Origin: Candidatus Lokiarchaeum ossiferum | GTDB taxonomy: Archaea; Asgardarchaeota; Lokiarchaeia; Sigyniarchaeales; Promethearchaeaceae | NCBI GenBank assembly: GCA_025839675.1 | Contig: CP104013.1 | Span: 2,880,001-2,912,000, forward strand | DNA length: 32,000 bases | Direction of reading: 5' to 3' | Shown here: piece by piece, positions 1-7,029 of the stretch | Position numbering within the stretch: the first letter of the stretch is position 1 | How the letters are laid out: each line of letters begins with the position of its first letter | The notes under the pieces: generated by a model | The model's input: only the letters and a program-made list of their open reading frames with translations | The model's database searches: none | What the model was told of the DNA's origin: nothing | Position numbers and translations under genes: made by a program

Positions 1-12
1 ATTAAGGTTGAT

Positions 13-27
13 TTTTTAAATTAAATA
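13..27 (+). promoter_or_regulatory. TATA-like A/T box upstream of the first gene (short or absent leader)
   Basis: TTTTTAAATTAAATA ends 14 nt before ATG 41. The spacing is compatible with an archaeal TATA box and a near-leaderless mRNA. Sequence-only inference. Confidence 0.3.
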
Positions 28-40
28 CAAGTGATATATT

Positions 41-1384
41 ATGAGTGATGATAAGAATAAACCTACAACCGAAGAGGATGCACCAACTAAATCGCCTTTA
101 CTTTCAGCAGAGAAAGCAGAAGTTGCGAAAAAAGTCATTGTAAAGTCAATTCTTTGGATAACTATGCTCGGATTATTTGTAACCGTAATCGGAGGCATTT
201 GGGCAATTGGAGATATATTTTCTCAAGAGAAATTCTCAAATTTCACAGAATTAACAATTCAATCACAGTTATTTATAACTGGTTTAATATTGTTAGGTAT
301 TTTCTTCTTAGTTCTGTTTTTAGTTGTGCTGTATAAGCGTGGAAAGAAGAATTTAATGGAAAGTCTTTTCAAGGAAGCTCCAGAAAAAGAAGTGAAAACT
401 GCAGATGAGTATTTACCTGCAAAAATAATTACTGCAGGTGCTTTAATTTCATTTTTCACAATATTTGTTGGTTTAATAGTCGCATTTCTTATGTTTTTAA
501 TTGATGCAACAGTTTTTACTGACGAGTTAGGTTTTTGGAGTTTCATGAGAGAATTAACCGGAGGTTCCATAGTTTTGATAATTGGACTAATTGTTCTTCT
601 CTTAGATGGGTTAATATATGGTATGATTTATATTTGGCAAAATGGATATTATCTTCTAATCAACAAAATCCTACGTTATAACCAGAAAGTAGAAGAAATT
701 CATGATTTTTCAAAGAATGAACGGATTACAGGCAAAATTGTTTTTGGAATATTGGTTTTGATTCTTGTTGGAATCGTATTTGGTATTGTGTGGACTATAA
801 TTGAATCATTTTCAAGCGATTGGGGAACGACATTCCGTGAAGATTATATCTTTGGGGTTCAATTATCAATAATTGGATTTTTTGGAACTCTATCATTTGG
901 AACCATGATATCAGCTATGTTTATCTATAAATGGGGGAACAATGTGATTATGAAAGCACTTTTTATCCAATATACCCCTAAAGCTACTACTGAAGATAAC
1001 CTTCCAGCTAAAATTCTCGCAGTTGGGATATTAATCGCCATCGTTTTACTTGCTTCATCTCTGATCATTTGGATAATCACTTTGATCATCGATGCCTTAA
1101 GTTCTGGAAGCGGAGAAAATATTTTTGCAGCACTGGCTGCTTTGAGTGGAGGGTTGGCTTTACTTGCATATTCACTCATTACCGAAATATTTGTGATTTT
1201 AATACTGCTTTTTATTTTCTTCCTCCATAATGGTTACGCTTTCACTCTTCTAAAAATAATGAAAACAGAATCAATTATTGATTCTGGATTAGAAGAAAGC
1301 AAAATTCGAGCTCAAGAAAAGAAACAACAGCGTTTGAAGAAACGGGAAGAGAAGAAAACAGAAAAAAAGCCCTCTAAAAAGTAA
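41..1384 (+). CDS. Multi-pass membrane protein with two-fold internal duplication and Lys-rich C-terminal tail (function unknown)
   Basis: 447-aa ORF with about 8 hydrophobic helices. aa 35-212 and 230-409 are visibly homologous (YKRGKKNLMESLF..EYLPAKIITAGALI..LIDA..LTGGS..QNGYYLL versus YKWGNNVIMKALF..DNLPAKILAVGILI..IIDA..LSGGL..HNGYAFTLL). C-terminal tail is KKQQRLKKREEKKTEKKPSKK. A/T box lies upstream and a hairpin plus T-run follows the stop. No family recognised. Confidence 0.6.
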   Translation: MSDDKNKPTTEEDAPTKSPLLSAEKAEVAKKVIVKSILWITMLGLFVTVIGGIWAIGDIFSQEKFSNFTELTIQSQLFITGLILLGIFFLVLFLVVLYKRGKKNLMESLFKEAPEKEVKTADEYLPAKIITAGALISFFTIFVGLIVAFLMFLIDATVFTDELGFWSFMRELTGGSIVLIIGLIVLLLDGLIYGMIYIWQNGYYLLINKILRYNQKVEEIHDFSKNERITGKIVFGILVLILVGIVFGIVWTIIESFSSDWGTTFREDYIFGVQLSIIGFFGTLSFGTMISAMFIYKWGNNVIMKALFIQYTPKATTEDNLPAKILAVGILIAIVLLASSLIIWIITLIIDALSSGSGENIFAALAALSGGLALLAYSLITEIFVILILLFIFFLHNGYAFTLLKIMKTESIIDSGLEESKIRAQEKKQQRLKKREEKKTEKKPSKK

Positions 1385-1387
1385 TTT

Positions 1388-1409
1388 GAGATTTTATCTC
1401 ATTTTTTTT
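1388..1409 (+). terminator. Hairpin plus T-run after the membrane-protein gene
   Basis: GAGAT-TTT-ATCTC (5-bp stem) immediately followed by ATTTTTTTT, 4 nt after the stop codon. Confidence 0.4.
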
Positions 1410-1634
1410 CATCTTTATCATTACAATATTAAATAAATTGCAGTATTCCATTAGTTTTATTCCTTGAAGTATCGAGAAAAATTCAAACTGAAATCAAACT
1501 AGTAGTTAAAGTAAAGATAGCTCCGCGTGTTTAAATCAACATATCCCCATCATTTATATGGATTGGATCTTTTCAAATCACGAAACCATTTCTACCAAAA
1601 ATCTTCCGATTTACATTAATGATACGTGATAATA

Positions 1635-2774
1635 ATGAGTGACCCACGAAAAACACCTCTTTCAGCCATGCATGAAAAACTAGGGGGAAAGATGGTTGAT
1701 TTTGAAAACTGGTATATGCCAGTTAAATTTGATGGAACAAGTGTCAGTGATGAACACTTATGGACTCGTGAACATTGTGGAATCTTTGATATTTGCCACA
1801 TGACCGAATTCATGCTTGAAGGTCCAGATTGCATTCCATATCTAAAACATATGATGTCAAATAGTATAAATATTGTTGATAATCAAGCACAATACCAACA
1901 TATGTGCTATCCAGAGGGAGGCGTTGTCGACGATTTATACATCTACCGAGAATCTGCAGAAAAATTCCGAATCATTGCCAATGCTCAAACATATGAAACC
2001 GAAGGAAAAGATTTCAATTGGTTAACTGAACATATTGAGAACTTCAAAGTATCTTTGGAAGATTTATCTCTTAAACGAGCAAGATTTGCCGTTCAAGGGA
2101 AAGAAACAATAAAACTATTAAATCCATTGACCGATGTAGATTTATATCCTATGAAACGTTTTAGATGGACCTATGCCAATCTTAAAACATCCGAGGGAGA
2201 TATCCCAATATTTTGTTCACGAACAGGATATACTGGAGTAGATAATAATAAAACTGGTGAGGAAGCAATTGCCTCCTACGAAATATCTTGTGATGCTAAA
2301 TTTGCTGAACTCCTATACCAAACATTCCTAGATATGGGAGCAAAACCTATAGGTTTAGGAGCGCGCGATTCATTACGATTGGAATGTTGTTTTGCACTTT
2401 ATGGCAATGATATCAATCGAAATATCACTTCTATTGAAGCTAATCTTGGTTGGGTTGTTAAACCGAAGGAGGACGCTCATTTTATTGGTGAAGAGGTGTT
2501 ATTGAAACAAAAAAGTGAAGGAACTGCACGAATAAGTGTAGGGTTAAATTTAGTTGGTAAAGGTATTTTGCGGGATGGATATAAGATTTTTGCAGGTTCA
2601 AATGAAATCGGTTTTATCACATCTGGGGCTTATGGACCAAGTGTTGGCAAAACGATTGCCCTTGCATTAATTAAAAAAGAATATTCTAAAGTTGGAACAG
2701 AATTAGAAGTAGAAATTCGATCCAAACGGAAAAAAGTGGTAGTTGTTACAACTCCATTTTGGAAACAAGAATAA
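1635..2774 (+). CDS. gcvT: Aminomethyltransferase (glycine cleavage system T protein)
   Basis: Family motifs TPLSAMHEKLGGKMVDFENWYMPVKF, FDICHM, VVDDL, SRTGYTG, GLGARDSLRLE, GWVVK and GKTIALALI. The ORF track starts at GTG 1626, but ATG 1635 gives the family-typical N-terminus. Confidence 0.9.
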   Translation: MSDPRKTPLSAMHEKLGGKMVDFENWYMPVKFDGTSVSDEHLWTREHCGIFDICHMTEFMLEGPDCIPYLKHMMSNSINIVDNQAQYQHMCYPEGGVVDDLYIYRESAEKFRIIANAQTYETEGKDFNWLTEHIENFKVSLEDLSLKRARFAVQGKETIKLLNPLTDVDLYPMKRFRWTYANLKTSEGDIPIFCSRTGYTGVDNNKTGEEAIASYEISCDAKFAELLYQTFLDMGAKPIGLGARDSLRLECCFALYGNDINRNITSIEANLGWVVKPKEDAHFIGEEVLLKQKSEGTARISVGLNLVGKGILRDGYKIFAGSNEIGFITSGAYGPSVGKTIALALIKKEYSKVGTELEVEIRSKRKKVVVVTTPFWKQE

Positions 2775-2882
2775 ACATGATCAATACCGATCATCTTAAT
2801 ATCTAAAAGATATAAATGATCTTTAATTTGAAAATTTAATACTTAACTTTTTTTTTTTGTAATAAAAAACTAGGTGAATTAC

Positions 2883-3260
2883 ATGGTTAACATCCCAGAA
2901 GATTTAAAATATGCTGAAACCCACGAATGGGTGAAAGTTGAAGGCGATATCGCCATTGTCGGAATTTCAGACCACGCTCAAGACCAATTAGGTGAAATAG
3001 TATTTGCTGAATTACCTGAAGTCGGAGATAATGCAACTGCCGGAGAAGGAATTTGCAATTTAGAATCTGCTAAAGCTGTTGGTGAAATCAAAGCACCAAT
3101 TTCTGGAGAAGTCATCGAAGTGAATGAAGATCTTGATGATGAACCAGAAAAAGTCAACTCAGATTGTTATGGTGAAGGTTTCCTTTACAAATGCAAAATT
3201 GCTGATGCTGGTGAATTAGACAAGCTTTTAGATGCAGCTGCCTATAAAGGTACACTTTAA
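2883..3260 (+). CDS. gcvH: Glycine cleavage system H protein (lipoyl carrier)
   Basis: YAETHEWV, GISDHAQDQLGEIVFAELPEVG and the lipoyl-lysine motif LESAKAVGEI. GGTGA at 2872-2876 favours ATG 2883 over the ORF-track GTG 2874, which lies inside that ribosome-binding site. Confidence 0.9.
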   Translation: MVNIPEDLKYAETHEWVKVEGDIAIVGISDHAQDQLGEIVFAELPEVGDNATAGEGICNLESAKAVGEIKAPISGEVIEVNEDLDDEPEKVNSDCYGEGFLYKCKIADAGELDKLLDAAAYKGTL

Positions 3261-3269
3261 AACTTAAAT

Positions 3270-3296
3270 AATTCAAATTTGAATTCTTTTTTTTCT
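3270..3296 (+). terminator. Perfect 16-nt palindrome plus T-run after gcvH
   Basis: AATTCAAATTTGAATT (3270-3285) is its own reverse complement and is followed by CTTTTTTTTCTTT. A TTAAATA box follows, before gcvPA. Confidence 0.45.
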
Positions 3297-3355
3297 TTCC
3301 ACCATTTTTCTTAAATACGTGATGTCCATTCTAAATTGAGAAAGAGGCCAAAAAA

Positions 3356-4672
3356 TTGGATTACGTTCCCCATGATAAAAAAACAATGGAAACCATGCTA
3401 GCCAAAATTGGCGTATCAAGTATGGAAGAATTGTACGAAGACATTCCTAAAAGTTTACTTTTAGAGAAATTAAATTTACCCGAAGGTTTATCTGAAGCAG
3501 ATCTATTAAAAAGAATGACTGTTTTATCAAAAAAGAACCACTTATATCGAACCGCCTTTATTGGAGCAGGATCTTATTATCATTTTATCCCAAGTTTAGT
3601 GGATTATGTCATAAGTAGAAGCGAATTTTTTACCGCTTACACCCCCTATCAAGCAGAAGCATCACAAGGATTTCTCCAAGCGATTTATGAATACCAATCC
3701 GCAATAACCCGCCTAACTAAAATGGATGTGACCAATGCATCAATGTATGATGTTGCAAGTGCTTTTGCAGAAGCAGCAACCATGTGTACTTTTGCGACAC
3801 GCAAATCTAGAATTTTAATGCTTGAAGGAATGCATCCAGAATACATTGAAACGGTGAATACTTATTGCTGGGGTCGAAATATTCAGACTGAAATAGTACC
3901 CTTAACCAAATTGGAAGAATCTCTCAATGATGATTGTGCAGGATTTCTCTTTCAGAGCCCTAATTTTTATGGAGAAATCGAAGATATTTCTTATTTAACA
4001 AAAATTGTTCGGGAAAAAGCAAAAAAATGTAAGATTGTTTATGGAATGCCAGATCCAACTTGTTTAGGTATATTGAAAGCACCTGGAGATTATGATATTG
4101 ATATTTTTGTATCAGAAGGGATGGGTCTTCCACCATCTTTTGGAGGACCAAATCTTGGAATCTTTGCTACAACTTCAAAATTGATGCGAAAAATGCCCGG
4201 TCGTGTTATTGGTGTCACAAAAGAAATTAATGGAGAAGGAGAAGGATTTGTTCTCACCCTACAAGCAAGAGAACAGCATATCCGGCGAGAAAAAGCACTT
4301 TCCAATATTTGTTCCAATCAATCGTTGTGTATGCTGGCTTGCCTAGTATACATGGTTTGTTTAGGAAAAACAGGGTTGAAGCAAGTTGGAACCCAAAATA
4401 TTCAAAAAGCAAATTATGTAAAGCGGGAAATGGCAAAAATTCCAGGATACAACCTTAAGGAATCACGGGCTACGTACAATGAATTTGTCATTGAATGCCC
4501 TAATGTAGATAAGTTCATAGGAAAATGTAAAGAAAATGATATATTACCTCCATTACCTCTTTCTCATTATTTTCCAGAACGATCTTCAGAAGTTTTAGTA
4601 TGTGTTACTGAACAAAATTCAAAAGAAGATATTGAACTCTTCCTACGGGTTGCTAAGGAGGCAGCCCTTTAA
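3356..4672 (+). CDS. gcvPA: Glycine dehydrogenase (decarboxylating) subunit 1 (P-protein alpha)
   Basis: The N-terminus DYVPHDKKTMETMLAKIG matches the family pattern (xYIPHT..ML..IG). Also FIGAGSYYHFIPS, FFTAYTPYQAEASQG and LQAREQHIRREKALSNICSNQ. TTG start. Confidence 0.9.
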   Translation: MDYVPHDKKTMETMLAKIGVSSMEELYEDIPKSLLLEKLNLPEGLSEADLLKRMTVLSKKNHLYRTAFIGAGSYYHFIPSLVDYVISRSEFFTAYTPYQAEASQGFLQAIYEYQSAITRLTKMDVTNASMYDVASAFAEAATMCTFATRKSRILMLEGMHPEYIETVNTYCWGRNIQTEIVPLTKLEESLNDDCAGFLFQSPNFYGEIEDISYLTKIVREKAKKCKIVYGMPDPTCLGILKAPGDYDIDIFVSEGMGLPPSFGGPNLGIFATTSKLMRKMPGRVIGVTKEINGEGEGFVLTLQAREQHIRREKALSNICSNQSLCMLACLVYMVCLGKTGLKQVGTQNIQKANYVKREMAKIPGYNLKESRATYNEFVIECPNVDKFIGKCKENDILPPLPLSHYFPERSSEVLVCVTEQNSKEDIELFLRVAKEAAL

Positions 4673-4686
4673 GAAAGGTGATTATT

Positions 4687-6120
4687 ATGAATAAAATTCA
4701 ACTCATTTTTGAAAAGGGGTATGAAACCACAAAAAATAACTTCGTACCTCAAATGGATATCGACGAAATTCCATTAACAGAATTACTCACTTCAGATAAC
4801 TTACGGACTGATGAAATAAATATTCCAGATATCCCTGAATTTGAAATTGTTCGCCATTTTACAAATTTAAGTCAAAAAAATTATGCAGTGGATTCAGGCA
4901 TCTATCCTTTAGGTTCCTGTACTATGAAATATAATCCACGGATAAATGAAAAAACGGCTCGTTTACCTCACTTTGCAAATATTCATCCCCTCCAAGAAGA
5001 GAATGAAGGGGCAATTGAGTTGATCTATAATTTAGGAAAGGATCTTTGCGAAATTTGTGGTATGGATGCATTTACTTTGAATCCTGCTGCAGGTGCACAA
5101 GGAGAACTCACAGGAATCCTCATTTTCAAAAAATATTTTGAAGTAAGGGGCGAAAAGAAAACAAAAATCATTGTACCTGACAGCGCTCATGGAACTAACC
5201 CTGCAAGTTCAGTAATGGCAGGTTTTGACATCATTGAAATTAAATCTGATGAAAATGGTGAACTTCCTTTGGATCAACTGGAATTTGCGATGCAGGAAGG
5301 GGATGTGGCGGGCTTGATGCTTACAAATCCTAACACTGTAGGGATGTTTGATAGAAATATTCTTCAAATTACGGAGATTGTGCATAAATATGGAGGGCTT
5401 TGCTATTATGATGGCGCAAATTTAAACCCAATTCTTGGAATGTGCCGCCCAGGAGATATGGGATTTGATATCATCCATTTGAACCTACATAAAACCTTTT
5501 CCACACCTCATGGCGGCGGTGGCCCCGGAGCTGGACCAGTTGGAGTAAAAGCAGATTTAATTCCTTATCTCCCATGTCCACAAGTGATCTCTACTGAAAA
5601 AGGGTTAGCTTGCATGGACAATGAGGAAACTACGATTGGGCGTTTACGAAGTTTTTGGGGAAATTTTGGTGTTTTGGTGAGGGCTTATACCTATATTTTA
5701 GCATTAGGGGCAGAAGGATTAAGACGGGCGGGTCAAAATGCAGTTTTAAATGCAAACTACCTCAGAGTTTCACTCCATGAGAAATATGCCGTACCTTATG
5801 ACCGAATTTGTATGCATGAATTTGTAATAGATGCCCATCTTCCAAATGGTGTAAATGCCGAAGATGTTGCTAAGGCACTTTTAGATCGTAAATTATATGC
5901 TCCCACTTCTTATTTTCCATTGATAGTTCATGAAGCATTGATGGTAGAACCTACAGAAACGGAAAATAAACGTGAATTAGACCGATTCATTGAAGCCATG
6001 CTCGAAATATATGAAGAAACTATAAATAATCCAGAGCATCTCAAATCGGGCCCACATAATTTGGATGTTGGGAGATTGGATGCTACGTTAGCTGCTCGAA
6101 AACCCCATCTAAAAGATTAA
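4687..6120 (+). CDS. gcvPB: Glycine dehydrogenase (decarboxylating) subunit 2 (P-protein beta)
   Basis: GSCTMKYNP, PAAGAQGE, VPDSAHGTNPAS and the PLP-lysine motif HLNLHKTFSTPHGGGGPGAGP. GGTGA lies about 7 nt upstream of ATG 4687 (ORF track starts at GTG 4678). Tightly follows gcvPA. Confidence 0.9.
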   Translation: MNKIQLIFEKGYETTKNNFVPQMDIDEIPLTELLTSDNLRTDEINIPDIPEFEIVRHFTNLSQKNYAVDSGIYPLGSCTMKYNPRINEKTARLPHFANIHPLQEENEGAIELIYNLGKDLCEICGMDAFTLNPAAGAQGELTGILIFKKYFEVRGEKKTKIIVPDSAHGTNPASSVMAGFDIIEIKSDENGELPLDQLEFAMQEGDVAGLMLTNPNTVGMFDRNILQITEIVHKYGGLCYYDGANLNPILGMCRPGDMGFDIIHLNLHKTFSTPHGGGGPGAGPVGVKADLIPYLPCPQVISTEKGLACMDNEETTIGRLRSFWGNFGVLVRAYTYILALGAEGLRRAGQNAVLNANYLRVSLHEKYAVPYDRICMHEFVIDAHLPNGVNAEDVAKALLDRKLYAPTSYFPLIVHEALMVEPTETENKRELDRFIEAMLEIYEETINNPEHLKSGPHNLDVGRLDATLAARKPHLKD

Positions 6121-6123
6121 CAC

Positions 6124-6141
6124 TTTTTCTTTTCTTTTTTT
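6124..6141 (+). terminator. Oligo-T tract after gcvPB
   Basis: TTTTTCTTTTCTTTTTTT starts 4 nt after the stop and is followed by AATTTATATT (TATA-like) ahead of the activase gene. Confidence 0.4.
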
Positions 6142-6207
6142 CCTAATTTATATTGATAGTTTTACTCTAAAATCACACTTTTTTTTAAGCATGAATTAAT
6201 CATTTTA

Positions 6208-7023
6208 TTGATAACTTTGAAGAGTGATACTTCCGGGATAGTATTCGATATCAAGAAATTTGCTATCCATGATGGCCCAGGAATAAGAACAACAGTATTT
6301 TTCAAAGGATGTCCTTTAAAATGTGAATGGTGCCACAATCCCGAAAGTCAGAAACATGAAATAGAACATATCTTAAAAAATCCTATTGACTCTCTTCATA
6401 ACGATAATTCTTACGAGCAGATTGGAAAAAAGATTAGATCTCTTGATTTAATTGATGAAATTAAGAAAGACGTATTATTTTACGATGAATCGGATGGAGG
6501 AGTTACCTTTTCAGGGGGGGATCCTCTATCTCAACATGAATTTCTGAAATCTTGTCTTCAATTGTGCAAAGAAAATGAAATTCACACAGCTCTTGACACC
6601 GCAGGTTATCTTTCTTGGTCAAAACTCAAAGAAATTATTCCATTAGTTGATTTGGTTTTATACGATCTCAAATTTGTTGATGAACCGAAGCATAAAAAAT
6701 ATACTGGTGTATCAAACAAATTGATACTCGAAAATTTGTCCAACCTTTCGGCCATGAACAAGGCAGTTTGGATAAGAATTCCAATAATTCCCACTCTTAA
6801 TGATACAGAAGATGAAATTCACCAAATGATAAACTTTATCTCACGATTAAATAATATCGGGAGCATTGATCTCTTGCCCTTTCATAAAATAGGTAAAAAT
6901 AAATATCAACGTCTAAACCTTCCATATAAAATGGAAAATTTTTTTGAACCATCACTTGATAGAATGGAAGAATTAAAAAGAAAATTTGAGACCCTAAATA
7001 TTCCTGTTAAAATTGGAGGTTAA
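6208..7023 (+). CDS. Glycyl-radical enzyme activating enzyme (radical SAM)
   Basis: HDGPGIRTTVFFKGCPLKCEWCHNPE (CX3CX2C), GGVTFSGGDPL and DLLPFHKIGKNKY. TTG start. The stop is 6 nt before the GRE start. Confidence 0.85.
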   Translation: MITLKSDTSGIVFDIKKFAIHDGPGIRTTVFFKGCPLKCEWCHNPESQKHEIEHILKNPIDSLHNDNSYEQIGKKIRSLDLIDEIKKDVLFYDESDGGVTFSGGDPLSQHEFLKSCLQLCKENEIHTALDTAGYLSWSKLKEIIPLVDLVLYDLKFVDEPKHKKYTGVSNKLILENLSNLSAMNKAVWIRIPIIPTLNDTEDEIHQMINFISRLNNIGSIDLLPFHKIGKNKYQRLNLPYKMENFFEPSLDRMEELKRKFETLNIPVKIGG

Positions 7024-7029
7024 AATTAT

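Noticed and set aside
259-570. 103-aa antisense ORF inside the first membrane-protein gene (also 16-198 and 925-1179)
   Set aside because: It lies entirely within and opposite a longer, internally consistent gene. Its K/N/I-rich composition is typical of antisense frames in AT-rich DNA.
1385-1634. Possible glycine riboswitch or other leader element in the 250-nt region upstream of gcvT
   Set aside because: I looked for the conserved glycine-riboswitch core (GGAGAG..CACCG..GGGCAA-type segments and paired aptamers) and found none. The region contains only A/T-rich TATA-like boxes (TTTAAAT, TTTATAT) and weak imperfect hairpins. Glycine riboswitches are a bacterial feature.
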